Translations under genes and position numbers: made by a program
In this document: positions 22,824 to 32,475 of the stretch, piece after piece
How positions within the stretch are numbered: the stretch's first letter is position 1
Layout of the letters: every line of letters begins with the position of its first letter
Source: Candidatus Foliamicus sp.
GTDB lineage: Bacteria; Pseudomonadota; Gammaproteobacteria; Steroidobacterales; Foliamicaceae
Length of the DNA stretch: 64,000 nt
Direction: 5' to 3'
NCBI GenBank assembly: GCA_965249285.1
Contig: OZ252226.1
Location: 1,788,302-1,852,301, forward strand
The notes under the pieces: generated by a model
Database searches by the model: none
Seen by the model: only the letters and a program-made list of their open reading frames with translations
What the model was told of the DNA's origin: nothing

Positions 22824-23863
22824 TCGCTGCGCTCCAGCCGCCGGACTCTCCGGTGCAACTCGTCGAGATGGCGGAATCGTACCGCATTCCGGCGCCAGCT
22901 TGAGACCTCTTCCATGGGGGTCATGGAGCCGGCGTAGGCACCCGGTTTGTCGATGGAACGGGTAACCACGGTTCGGGCCAGCAGGACCACATCGTCGCAG
23001 ATTTCGAGGTGACCCGCCACGCCCACGTGACCGGCGATCCGGCACCTGCGGCCGATCCTGGCGCTGCCGGCAATCCCGCACCCGGCCGCCATCGCGGTGT
23101 GCTCGCCGATGTGCACGTTGTGGCCGATCTGAATCAGGTTGTCCAGGCGAACGCCGGAGCCGATTACGGTGTCGTCCAGGGCTCCGCGATCGATTACGGT
23201 ATTGGCGCCAATCTCCACGTCGTCGCCGATGCGCAGGGAGCCGAGCTGAGGAATCTTGCGCCAGCTTCCGCCCTCATCCGGCGCCTGGCCGAATCCGTCG
23301 GAGCCGAGCACGGCGCCGGGATGCACCAGGCAGCGCCGTCCCACCCGAACCCCCTCGCATACCGTGACGCTCGCCAACAGACGCGTGTCCGCGCCGATGC
23401 GCGCCTTGGCGCCCACCGTGACATTGGGCCCAATGAATACACCGCGCTCCAGTACGGCGCCGGCGCCAACCCGTGCGCCTGCCGCCACCTCGCAAGTCTC
23501 ATCAAGGCTCGCTTGGGGTGACACCGAAGCGTGCGGATGGACCCCTCGCTCAAGAGGCAGAAGCTGATGCAGATCGTCGGCCACGCAGGCGTATACGCGG
23601 TACGGATCGGCCGTAATCAGGGCCGGAACGGGACATTCACCGGCATCCTGTTCGCTCAAGATCACCGCACCCGCGCTGGTGGATTGCAGATCGCTCAAAT
23701 AGGCCCGGTGAAGAAAGAACGCGATGCTGGCCGAATCGGCCCGGGCCAGCGAAGCAGCGCGATGAACCCGAGTGCCGGGCTTCCCGTGCAGGGCGCAATC
23801 GTGACGCCGGGCCAGTTCGCTAAGGGTCAACCCCCGTTCGTGCTGCGAACGCCTTTCCATCAA
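22820..23863 (-). CDS. lpxD: UDP-3-O-acylglucosamine N-acyltransferase
   Basis: [39 protein letters not shown]. Confidence 0.96.
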   Translation of the reverse strand: MMERRSQHERGLTLSELARRHDCALHGKPGTRVHRAASLARADSASIAFFLHRAYLSDLQSTSAGAVILSEQDAGECPVPALITADPYRVYACVADDLHQLLPLERGVHPHASVSPQASLDETCEVAAGARVGAGAVLERGVFIGPNVTVGAKARIGADTRLLASVTVCEGVRVGRRCLVHPGAVLGSDGFGQAPDEGGSWRKIPQLGSLRIGDDVEIGANTVIDRGALDDTVIGSGVRLDNLIQIGHNVHIGEHTAMAAGCGIAGSARIGRRCRIAGHVGVAGHLEICDDVVLLARTVVTRSIDKPGAYAGSMTPMEEVSSWRRNAVRFRHLDELHRRVRRLERSE

Positions 23864-23920
23864 GAGTGCGGCCGCACGCAGTCTGTTGCGTTTCCACAGC
23901 CGCCGGCCACCGCCTGAGAA

Positions 23921-24454
23921 TCAGTCCTGCTGCTCGCTGCTGTAGGTTTCCTGCAAGGCGCCCAGGACCTGCGGGGTAATGTTGACGGCGTCGCTGGCAT
24001 GCACCACGCCGCCGGTCAGCACCAGGTCGTAGCCGTTATCTTCCGATACCTGCCTGATGTGGGACAGGAAAATGGCCCCCAGGTCACGCTGGCTGTTGTT
24101 ATTCTCCAACTGCAGGTCTTCCTCAAAAGCCTGGCCCATTTGCTGAATCTCGCGGCGCAGCGCCACCATTTGCCGTTCGGTGCTGCGCAACTGCTCGGTG
24201 CCCATGGTTTCCCTGTCTCGTTCGTAGTTTTTCTGCAGCTCCTCCAGTTCGGTCTGCTTAGCGCTGAGATCGCGCTGCCGGGAAGCGAACATTTCACTGA
24301 GCGCCTCCTGGGCCGCTCGTCCTTGGGGAGACTCCACTCTCAGAGCGTCCAGGTTGACGAAACCGATCTTCAAGGCAGTTTCCTGGGCCATCAAGCCTCC
24401 GGCGGCGAACACGCCTACGGCAGCAGCCAACATGAGTTTTTGTACGATTTTCAT
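23921..24454 (-). CDS. skp: Periplasmic chaperone Skp/OmpH
   Basis: Signal peptide, KIGFVN, helical body, GYDLVL; between bamA and lpxD. Confidence 0.9.
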   Translation of the reverse strand: MKIVQKLMLAAAVGVFAAGGLMAQETALKIGFVNLDALRVESPQGRAAQEALSEMFASRQRDLSAKQTELEELQKNYERDRETMGTEQLRSTERQMVALRREIQQMGQAFEEDLQLENNNSQRDLGAIFLSHIRQVSEDNGYDLVLTGGVVHASDAVNITPQVLGALQETYSSEQQD

Positions 24455-24504
24455 AGCCTATGACAAGCCTCTTCTTGCAATGGGGTTGGGGCGGGGTCAA
24501 ACAA

Positions 24505-26913
24505 TCAGAACGCACCGCCCAGCGAAAACTGGAAGCGTTCCACTTCGTCCCCCCAAAAGCGATCAGTCTCGGGATCGGCGTTAAGCGGCGCGGCGAAGCT
24601 GAATCTCAACAGACCCAGGGGCGCCAACCACTCTGCACCTATTCCGACCGAACGCTTAATTTTACTTGTGTCAAAGTCGTAACTCAACGGATCGCCCATA
24701 CGATCAAAGAACGTCAGGTCGGAAGTGGAGAACACATTGCCGACATCCAGGAACACGGCCAGGCGCGCGCTTTGCCGGAATCGCTGCGGCAGCGGCAGTA
24801 TCAGTTCCAACTGGCCGGTCACCAAAAGGTTGCCCCCGTAAGCATTGCCGAAGCGGTCCTTGGGACCCAGCCGGTATTCCTTGAATCCGCGCACCGAATC
24901 CGGTCCGCCACCGTAATAGTGCTTGTACGGCGGCACCGCCGTGGTATCGCCGAAGGACTCGGAAATCCCGACATCCGCGTTCAGGCGCAGGCCGAACCAC
25001 CTTAGGCCCGGCACCGGCAGATACTGCGTGTATTGATAGCGCGCGGTAGCGTACTCGACGTCACTGCCGGGAACCGTGGCCGCGAGCGATAGCCGGTGGC
25101 GCATGCCGCGGTCGGGGAAAAGCACCCGGTTGCGGCTGTCGTAGAGCCAGCCCATCAGCAATTCGAGGCTGTTGAACTTGGACCCGTAGTACAGCTGCGG
25201 CTCTCCCGTAATCGCATTGGTAACCATGCGCTCGTAGGGTTTGCCGTTCGCTTGCACCCACTGCCGGGACTGTTCGTTGCTGAACTGGGTGGTGATGAGA
25301 TCGGCCTGTTGCAAGGTCGCGCCAAGGATCAGGCTCTGGTACTCGCTGATCGGATAGCTGAGCTCCGTCGATGCCGAAGCGGTGGTGGTATCCAGGTCCG
25401 ATCCCGCGGCAATCAATTGGCTGTAGTTCTGATAGGAAAGCGATCCGGTAATGCTCACCCCGTTCATGGTTGCGTACGGGTCAGTGTACGACAGGTTGTA
25501 CAAGCGTGAATAATTGGTGCCGGTTAATCCAAGGGCGAGCCGATTGCCGCGCCCGAAAAGGTTGGTGTGCACGGCGCTTCCGCTCAATTGGAGCTTGTAA
25601 TAGCCCGAGTAGCCTACCGAGCCCTGAAATTCGCCCGGCTGCCGTTCACTCAGGCTGAACACTACGTCCACCTGGTCCTGCGAGCCCGGCACCCGCAGAG
25701 TCTCAAAGTCCACTTCCTCCAGGTACGGCAGCCGCTGCAAACGGATCTTGGAGCGCTCCAGAAGATCGTTGGACAGGTAGGCGCCCTCGAACTGGCGCAG
25801 CTCGCGGCGCAGAACCTCGTCGTCAATGGACGAGGCGCCGTCGAAACTGATGCGCCGCACGTAAACCCGGCGCTCGGCGCTGATCAGAAGCGTGACGGCA
25901 ATCTCGCCGCTCTCTTCGTCGATCTCGGGGATCGGCGTGACCTCGGCGAACCCATAGCCCTCCTGCCCCAGCCGCAGCCGGATCAGTTCACTGCTCTGGG
26001 TGATGAGCTGCTGGGAAAAGCGCATGCCGGGCTTGAGCAGCACGTAGCGGTTCAACTCCGCCTCGTCCACCACGAAATCGCCGGCCAGCTTCACGTCGGA
26101 CACGATGTAGTTGCTGCCCTCGCGAATATTGATGGTGATGAATACGTCCTTCAGGTCGGGCGACAGGGTCACCTGGGTGGATTCCAGGTCGAAATCCGCG
26201 TAACCGCGATCGAGGTAGTAGGAGCGGAGCTTCTCCAGGTCGCCCTGCAGGGCTTCACGCGAGTAGCGGTCGTCCTGGCGGATGAAAGACAGCCAGTTCG
26301 GCGTCTTCAATTCAAAATCCTTCTTGAGCTCCTTGTCGGTGAACAGCTCATTGCCCACGATGTTGATCTGGCGAATGCGGGAGCGATCGCCCTCGGTGAT
26401 GTCAATCACCACGTCAACCTTGTTGTCGGGCAACCCGGTGACGTCCACATTGACTTCGGCGCCGTACTTGCCGCGACCGAAATAGAGATCCGTCAGGGAC
26501 AGCTCGACCTCTTCCAGAACCGACGGCTTGACCAGGCTGCCGGCCGAGATGCCGTTGCCGGACAGGGTCTTGGTGAGATCCTCGGTCTTGACATCCTTGT
26601 TGCCCTCAATCAGTAGCGATTCGATTGTCGGCTGCTCACGAACCGCCACAACCAGTGCGTCGCCGTCACGCCGGAATTCAACATCGGCGAAAAAGCCCGA
26701 CCCGTACAGGCCGCGCAGCAATTGCCGGATCGAGCCTGCATCCAGCGTGTCGCCGATGTTCACCGGCAGATAGTTCAACACGGCGCCCTCGGAAATCCTC
26801 TGCAGCCCCTCGATTCGTATGTCCCGCACTATGAACTCATCCTCCTGCGCCGGGGCCTGCGTTAAGGGCAAAGCCAGCAGCAGGGCCGCCGCCAGAATCA
26901 TTAGCCGCTTCAT
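24505..26913 (-). CDS. bamA: Outer membrane protein assembly factor BamA
   Basis: IRIEGLQRI, POTRA repeats, SVRGFKE, GIGAEWLAPLGLLRFSFA, terminal F. Confidence 0.97.
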   Translation of the reverse strand: MKRLMILAAALLLALPLTQAPAQEDEFIVRDIRIEGLQRISEGAVLNYLPVNIGDTLDAGSIRQLLRGLYGSGFFADVEFRRDGDALVVAVREQPTIESLLIEGNKDVKTEDLTKTLSGNGISAGSLVKPSVLEEVELSLTDLYFGRGKYGAEVNVDVTGLPDNKVDVVIDITEGDRSRIRQINIVGNELFTDKELKKDFELKTPNWLSFIRQDDRYSREALQGDLEKLRSYYLDRGYADFDLESTQVTLSPDLKDVFITINIREGSNYIVSDVKLAGDFVVDEAELNRYVLLKPGMRFSQQLITQSSELIRLRLGQEGYGFAEVTPIPEIDEESGEIAVTLLISAERRVYVRRISFDGASSIDDEVLRRELRQFEGAYLSNDLLERSKIRLQRLPYLEEVDFETLRVPGSQDQVDVVFSLSERQPGEFQGSVGYSGYYKLQLSGSAVHTNLFGRGNRLALGLTGTNYSRLYNLSYTDPYATMNGVSITGSLSYQNYSQLIAAGSDLDTTTASASTELSYPISEYQSLILGATLQQADLITTQFSNEQSRQWVQANGKPYERMVTNAITGEPQLYYGSKFNSLELLMGWLYDSRNRVLFPDRGMRHRLSLAATVPGSDVEYATARYQYTQYLPVPGLRWFGLRLNADVGISESFGDTTAVPPYKHYYGGGPDSVRGFKEYRLGPKDRFGNAYGGNLLVTGQLELILPLPQRFRQSARLAVFLDVGNVFSTSDLTFFDRMGDPLSYDFDTSKIKRSVGIGAEWLAPLGLLRFSFAAPLNADPETDRFWGDEVERFQFSLGGAF

Positions 26914-26917
26914 AGGC

Positions 26918-28306
26918 TCAGCCTCCGGTGCGGAAGAACCCGCTGATGTCGTTGAACAGGGCTACGGCCATGATGGTCAACACCAGGGCCAGGCCGACCC
27001 TCTGCACGGCCAGCTGGGTCCGTTCCGGGATGGGCCGTCCACGCAGCTGTTCAATGGTCTGGTTGACGATCTGCCCGCCATCCAGGATCGGAATAGGCAA
27101 CAGGTTGAGGATGCCCAGGCTCACGCTCACCAGCGCCAGAAAGGTCACAAACGCGACCGGGCTTACCTGGACGGCTTCTCCGGCGTAGCGGGCGATTCCC
27201 ACGGGACCGTTCAGCGTGCGTAGCGACACGTCTCCGGTAAACATGTTGCCTAGCACCCGGAATGTGAGGCTGGTTATGCGGCCGGTCTCCCTGACACCCC
27301 GCGCCAGGGCCTCGAGTGGCCCGAAACGCTGGGTCACACGCAGGTGAGAATCCGCTTCGGGCGATTGCATGACGCCGACAAAACCGATGGCTGCAGGACC
27401 GGAAGCCCCTTGGGGCGGATTCTCCCGGCGACTGCCGATTTCCACGTACAGGCGCTGCTCGATCCCGTCTCGAACCACGGTCATCGGCACGCTCTCGCCC
27501 GGCCGGGCGCGAACGTATTCGACCCATTGCTGCCAAGTGGATATCACTTCCCCGCCGGCCGCCAGAATGCGGTCGCCTTCAGCAAGGCCGGCCATTTGCG
27601 CGGGACTGTCCGGGATTACCTCCCCCAGGATGGGCCGCCGCGCCGTCATCGGCTGAAGTCCGGCGGCGGCAAACAGATTGCCTTCCTCAAGAATGGCCCT
27701 TTTCTGCTCCGAAAGGTCCAGGACCAGATCGCGGCGGGCGCCCTGAGCATCTTCCACCGTAACCCGTACCGAAGGCTCGCCCAGGATCTGATCGACGATC
27801 GCCATCACGGTGGCCTGCCAGGTGGGAGACTCGCGATCCTCAATCGCCACTATGCGGTCGCCGGCGCGCAGGCCGGCCTGTTCCGCCGCGCTGCCGGGCG
27901 CAACCCCTCCAACCAGAGGCGCGAATGCCTGCGTGCCGACCATGAAGATCGCCCAGTAGGCCACGATAGCGAACAGAAAGTTCATGCCCGGCCCGGCCGC
28001 AAGCACGAATATGCGTTGCCAGTAGGGACGGCGATTGAAGCTGCGATGCAGCTCGTCGTCGGCAACCGGGCCCTCGCGCTCGTCCAAAAGGCGCACGTAC
28101 CCGCCGATGGGAAGCGCACGCAACTGGTACTCGGTGGCATCGACTCCGGCCTTCTTGCGCCAGATGGCCGGCCCGAACCCGATTGAGAACTCCAACACCT
28201 TCACGCCGGACATGCGGGCCGCGATGTAATGCCCCCATTCGTGCACGGCCACCAGCAGGCTGATTGCCAGCGCAAAGGCGCCAATTGCGATCAGGATGTC
28301 AATAAT
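26918..28306 (-). CDS. rseP: RIP metalloprotease RseP (start codon uncertain)
   Basis: HEWGH, FSIGFG, PIGGYV, GPGMN, two PDZ domains, NLLPIPILDGG. The TM1 frame is open back to ATT 28303/28306; the first canonical start, GTG 28252, is too late. Confidence 0.9.
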   Translation of the reverse strand: MIDILIAIGAFALAISLLVAVHEWGHYIAARMSGVKVLEFSIGFGPAIWRKKAGVDATEYQLRALPIGGYVRLLDEREGPVADDELHRSFNRRPYWQRIFVLAAGPGMNFLFAIVAYWAIFMVGTQAFAPLVGGVAPGSAAEQAGLRAGDRIVAIEDRESPTWQATVMAIVDQILGEPSVRVTVEDAQGARRDLVLDLSEQKRAILEEGNLFAAAGLQPMTARRPILGEVIPDSPAQMAGLAEGDRILAAGGEVISTWQQWVEYVRARPGESVPMTVVRDGIEQRLYVEIGSRRENPPQGASGPAAIGFVGVMQSPEADSHLRVTQRFGPLEALARGVRETGRITSLTFRVLGNMFTGDVSLRTLNGPVGIARYAGEAVQVSPVAFVTFLALVSVSLGILNLLPIPILDGGQIVNQTIEQLRGRPIPERTQLAVQRVGLALVLTIMAVALFNDISGFFRTGG

Positions 28307-28357
28307 ATTCTTGGACCGGGTGTTCTTTCGGTAACCGCTACTCCGGCGGAAACCCCT

Positions 28358-28366
28358 ATGCTAGCA
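28358..28366 (-). promoter_or_regulatory. Putative extended -10 promoter for rseP-bamA
   Basis: TG-C-TAGCAT upstream of rseP; no clear -35. Confidence 0.35.
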
Positions 28367-28380
28367 AAAACAGGCACTTT

Positions 28381-28546
28381 GGAGCGAGCGCATCCCCTGG
28401 GAGTTTTCGCAGCGGGCGCCGCTGCCCTGACGCGCAGGGAACACGTTGGGAACCAGGGCTTCCCCTGGGAACGAGGGCATCCTGCCCTCGTCGAGAGCCT
28501 GTCCCCGCCGCTGATCGGGGAGCGAGACGCCCTCGTTCCCAGGGGG
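28381..28546. repeat. Composite REP-like element, family A, copy 4, between cdsA and rseP
   Basis: Accessory module CCCTGGGAGTTTTCGCAGCGGGCGCCGCTGCCCTGACGCGCAGGGAAC, then REP arms and the CCTGTCCCC...TGATCGGGG insert. Confidence 0.9.
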
Positions 28547-28565
28547 CGGGTTCTTGCGCGGATTG

Positions 28566-29375
28566 CTAAAGGGTCAGCCATCCGAGTGGTTCGAATGCCA
28601 GCAGCGCCAGCAGGGGCGCCGTGGCCAGGCTGCTGTCCATGCGATCGAGCATGCCGCCGTGGCCGGGCAGCAGTCGGCCGCTGTCCTTGAGCCCAGCACG
28701 CCGCTTGAACAAGCTTACGGTCAAATCTCCGAGCATTGATACGCCTCCTACCGCCAGGCCCGCCAAGGTCCAATACAGCGCCGATTGCCCCAGATAAAAG
28801 GATGCGCCAAGGCCGGCAATGGTCGCCGTCGCCAGGCCTCCGTACGCGCCTTCGACGGTCTTGCCGCTGCTGAGCACAGGCGCCAGCGGCCGCCGGCCCA
28901 GCAATTTGCCGATAACGAAAGCGCCGGTGTCGGCGGCGCCCACCAAGAGCAACAAAATCAGCAGCAGATCGGCCCGGCCGGCTCCGATCAGCGCCAGAAC
29001 CGCCAACCAGGCAGGCGCCAATCCCAGCAGGCCGCAAACCGCAACCGCGCCGTTGCTCATCGATGCTCCCGAATTGCGCACAACGACTAACGCCAGGCAC
29101 CACCAGGCCACACCCAGGACCATGACCGCATAGACGGCAGGATAAGGCGGCGGTTTGGCCACCGGCAAGGCCAGCGCCAGGGCGAACAGGAGGATTGCAA
29201 CAGACCTCGGCAGCATTCCGTCGATGCCGGCCATCCGCAACCATTCACGCCAGCAAAGCAGCAGCACCAGGCCGATCAAGGTAAGTTTCACGGTTACGGG
29301 CACAAGGCTGGTGGCCACCACCGCCGCGATGAGCGCGGCGGCCGTCAGCAACCGGGTCGGCAAGAATTTGCTCAT
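28566..29375 (-). CDS. cdsA: Phosphatidate cytidylyltransferase
   Basis: Polytopic; DTGAF, SSGKTVEG, KRRAGLKDSG.LLPGHGGMLDRMDS. Confidence 0.95.
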   Translation of the reverse strand: MSKFLPTRLLTAAALIAAVVATSLVPVTVKLTLIGLVLLLCWREWLRMAGIDGMLPRSVAILLFALALALPVAKPPPYPAVYAVMVLGVAWWCLALVVVRNSGASMSNGAVAVCGLLGLAPAWLAVLALIGAGRADLLLILLLLVGAADTGAFVIGKLLGRRPLAPVLSSGKTVEGAYGGLATATIAGLGASFYLGQSALYWTLAGLAVGGVSMLGDLTVSLFKRRAGLKDSGRLLPGHGGMLDRMDSSLATAPLLALLAFEPLGWLTL

Positions 29376-30070
29376 GCGGTCCCGAACCGTCTCTGCCGCA
29401 CGGCATAGTCACTCAGGGCCGCTTCAAGATCATCGGCGCCGAAGTCGGGCCACAGCACCGGCGTGAAGTACAGCTCCGTATAAGCGAGGTGCCAGAGCAG
29501 GAAATTGCTGATTCTGCGCTCGCCCCCGCTGCGAATCATGAGATCGGGCGGCGGCAGTCCGCCAAGCCCGGTGCGCCGGGCAAACGTCTCCACTGAGATC
29601 CGCTCGGGGTCCAGTTCCCCGCGCGCCGCCTCCACGGCCATTTCCCTGGCCACGCCGGCAATTTCCTGCTGGCCCCCGTAGGACAAGGCGATAACCAGTT
29701 GCATTCGGTCATTGTCGCGGGTGTTTTCCTCCGCCTTGTCCAGAGCAGCCCTGATACGATGCGAAAACAGGCTGCGGTCACCGATACAGCGCAGCCGAAT
29801 ACCGTTGTCGTTGAGCAGCCCCATGTGCCGCCGCAGCCGGTCGGTCAGCAAGCTCATCAGCTCGCTGACTTCGTTCCGGGGCCGATTCCAGTTCTCGCTG
29901 CTCAGGCCGAACAGTGTGAGCACGGGCAGGCCGCGCCGGGCGCAAAGCTCCACGATGTTCCGGGCCGCCTCAACGCCGGCGCGATGCCCGTCGGAGCGCG
30001 GTTGGCCAAGCCGGGAGGCCCAGCGGCCATTGCCGTCCATGATGATCGCCAAATGCTGCAGAGACTCCAT
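29372..30070 (-). CDS. uppS: Undecaprenyl diphosphate synthase
   Basis: HLAIIMDGNGRWA, SSENWNRP, DLMIRSGGERRISNFLLW. Confidence 0.97.
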   Translation of the reverse strand: MESLQHLAIIMDGNGRWASRLGQPRSDGHRAGVEAARNIVELCARRGLPVLTLFGLSSENWNRPRNEVSELMSLLTDRLRRHMGLLNDNGIRLRCIGDRSLFSHRIRAALDKAEENTRDNDRMQLVIALSYGGQQEIAGVAREMAVEAARGELDPERISVETFARRTGLGGLPPPDLMIRSGGERRISNFLLWHLAYTELYFTPVLWPDFGADDLEAALSDYAVRQRRFGTA

Positions 30071-30114
30071 TGATTCCTAAAACAAGCAACACGCATTTGC
30101 CCGTCAGGCCTTAG

Positions 30115-30281
30115 TGTGCTGTCCCGCAAGTAACTGCAAAGCAGTTACGACAATAATTTGCGGTTTCCTCCCCGGCGGCGTTGCTCCTCCTTATGTGGGG
30201 CCTGCCACACTGCGTCGTCGCGCCTTGCCGGGAAGAAAAAATTCCTCGCATCTTAATCACAGCTATTCGCGGGACAGCACA
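30115..30281. mobile_element. 167-bp MITE with 22-bp TGT...ACA terminal inverted repeats (IS481/IS3-like ends)
   Basis: Left TGTGCTGTCCCGCAAGTAACTG vs right (reverse complement) TGTGCTGTCCCGCGAATAGCTG, 19/22 identical; flanks TTAG and CTAG; no ORF. Confidence 0.75.
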
Positions 30282-30839
30282 CTAGATTGACATGATGTCC
30301 TGTTCTTTTTCCTGCAGCATCGCATCCATACTCGCGATGTGCTCGTCGGTAAGCTTCTGGATGTCATCCGCGGCCCGCCGCTCCTCATCCTCGGTTACCA
30401 TCTTTTCCTTCACCAACTGCTTTGTATCGGTCAGCACGTCGCGGCGGATGTTGCGCACCGCCACCCGGCCCATTTCCGTTTCGTGGCGTGCTACGCGCAC
30501 CAGCTCGTGGCGGCGTTCTTCGGTCAGCTCGGGAATCGGCACCCGGATCACGATGCCGGCGGTGACCGGGTTGAATCCCAGGCCGGACTCGCGGATCGCC
30601 TTCTCGATCGGCTGAACCATGTTGGCCTCCCACGGAGACACCGCAAGCGTCCGGGAATCCTCTACCGTGATGCTGGCCACCTGGCGCAGCGGCGTATCGA
30701 CGCCGTAATAGGGCGCCGACAGATGATCGATCAGTCCTGCGTGGGCGCGGCCGGTCCGCAGGCGGGAGAGATTCGAGCGCAGGGCCGCGACGCTTTTGTC
30801 CATGCGTGTGATTGCGTCATCCCTAAGCTCGTCAATCAT
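30282..30839 (-). CDS. frr: Ribosome recycling factor
   Basis: LRTGRA, YYGVDTPL, PELTEERR, VRNIRRD. ATG 30839 preferred. Confidence 0.97.
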   Translation of the reverse strand: MIDELRDDAITRMDKSVAALRSNLSRLRTGRAHAGLIDHLSAPYYGVDTPLRQVASITVEDSRTLAVSPWEANMVQPIEKAIRESGLGFNPVTAGIVIRVPIPELTEERRHELVRVARHETEMGRVAVRNIRRDVLTDTKQLVKEKMVTEDEERRAADDIQKLTDEHIASMDAMLQEKEQDIMSI

Positions 30840-30874
30840 TTGCGTCCCCTTGCCGTTTCGGGTCGCCCCCAAGG

Positions 30875-31603
30875 TTAATCCGCGGCGCTGGTTACCAGCG
30901 TGCCGACATTCTCACCGCGCACAATCCGCAACAGAACGCCGGGCAGGCCGACATCATAAACGCGAATCGGCAGGTCGTTGTCGCGGCACATCACCGCCGC
31001 CGTGGAGTCCATGACACCCAGCCGGCCCCCGATCAACTGGTCGTGCGATATACGCTCGTAGCGCGTGGCGTCCGGCTCCAGATTGGGGTCGGCGGAATAG
31101 ACGCCGTCCACCTTGGTCCCCTTGATCAGAAGGTCGGCGCCGATTTCCACCGCGCGCAGGCTGGCGGCGGTATCCGTGGAAAGATAGGGATTCCCGGTGC
31201 CGGCGGCGAATATGCATACCCGGCCCTTCTCCAGGTGGCGCATTGCGCGCCGCCGTATGTAGTCTTCGCACACCGCCCGCACCGCCATCGATGACATCAC
31301 CCGGACACCCGCCCCCAGGCGCTCAAGCGCATCCTGAAGCGCCAGGGCGTTGATGACCGTGGCCAGCATCCCCATGTGATCGGCGGTAACGCGATCCATG
31401 CCCGCCTGGGCCAGCCATTCACCGCGAAAAATATTGCCGCCGCCCACCACGACCGCGGTCTGCACACCCAGGTCGGAAAGTTCCTGAACTTCGCCCGCGA
31501 TGCGCTCAAGCATCGACATGTCGATGCCGTGCGGCTGCCGGCCCATCAGGGCCTCGCCGCTCAGCTTCAGCAAAATACGGCGCAGCGTCGGCGCTACGCT
31601 CAC
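30875..31603 (-). CDS. pyrH: UMP kinase
   Basis: [43 protein letters not shown]. Confidence 0.97.
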   Translation of the reverse strand: MSVAPTLRRILLKLSGEALMGRQPHGIDMSMLERIAGEVQELSDLGVQTAVVVGGGNIFRGEWLAQAGMDRVTADHMGMLATVINALALQDALERLGAGVRVMSSMAVRAVCEDYIRRRAMRHLEKGRVCIFAAGTGNPYLSTDTAASLRAVEIGADLLIKGTKVDGVYSADPNLEPDATRYERISHDQLIGGRLGVMDSTAAVMCRDNDLPIRVYDVGLPGVLLRIVRGENVGTLVTSAAD

Positions 31604-32472
31604 CGATGCTCCCGTAGCTGGGCTTCGACCTCTTCGGCAAGATCGCTGACGGGGCGTTCCACGCCCTCGCCCACTTCAAAGCGCACAAATCCATGCACCC
31701 GGGCCTTGTGGGTATTGAGCAGCGCGCCTACCTTGAGCTTGCTGTCACGCACGAAGATCTGCCCGCTCAGGCAGATGCCATCGAGAAACTTCCGCAAGCG
31801 GCCTTCCACCATGCGCGCCAGAATTTCCGGCGGCTTGCCGGAGTCGGCTGCCTGGTCAGTAAGAAAAGCGCGCTCACGCTCCACGACTTCGGCCGGGACA
31901 TTGTCGGGAGAAACATGCTGCGGGCGCATTGCCGCGACATGCATGGCTATATTCCTGCCCAGTTCAGGGTCACCGCCCTCCATGTCCACCACCACGCCGA
32001 TCCGTTGGTTGTGGACGTAGATGGATGCACCGCCCTGTGGCTCCATGCGCCGAAAACGGCGCACGCTGATGTTCTCGCCGATCCGCGCCACCGCGTCCTG
32101 CCGGGTCTGCTCCAGGGACTGCCCGTCCACTTGCAGCGCCAGCAGGGCATTGAGGTCCTCGGGCGCCTCATCCAGCACGGTTCGGGCCACGCAAGCCGCA
32201 TATTCGCGAAAGTCCTGGCGCCGGGCCACGAAATCGGTTTCGCAATTCACCTCGGCGATAGCAACCGCGCCCGAATCTTCGGCCACCGCAATCACTCCTT
32301 CCGCGGCAGCCCGGCCGGCCTTCTTCTCGGCCGCCGCGGCGCCTTTCAGGCGCAACAGGTTGCGCGCGGCCTCCGCGTCGCCGTTGGTCTCGGTCAACGC
32401 GCGCTTGCAGTCCATCATCCCCGCGCCGGTCGATTCCCGCAGGACCTTAACCTGGGCGGCGGTGATCGCCAA
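31600..32472 (-). CDS. tsf: Elongation factor Ts
   Basis: [41 protein letters not shown]; TTG start. Confidence 0.98.
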   Translation of the reverse strand: MAITAAQVKVLRESTGAGMMDCKRALTETNGDAEAARNLLRLKGAAAAEKKAGRAAAEGVIAVAEDSGAVAIAEVNCETDFVARRQDFREYAACVARTVLDEAPEDLNALLALQVDGQSLEQTRQDAVARIGENISVRRFRRMEPQGGASIYVHNQRIGVVVDMEGGDPELGRNIAMHVAAMRPQHVSPDNVPAEVVERERAFLTDQAADSGKPPEILARMVEGRLRKFLDGICLSGQIFVRDSKLKVGALLNTHKARVHGFVRFEVGEGVERPVSDLAEEVEAQLREHR

Positions 32473-32475
32473 GAC

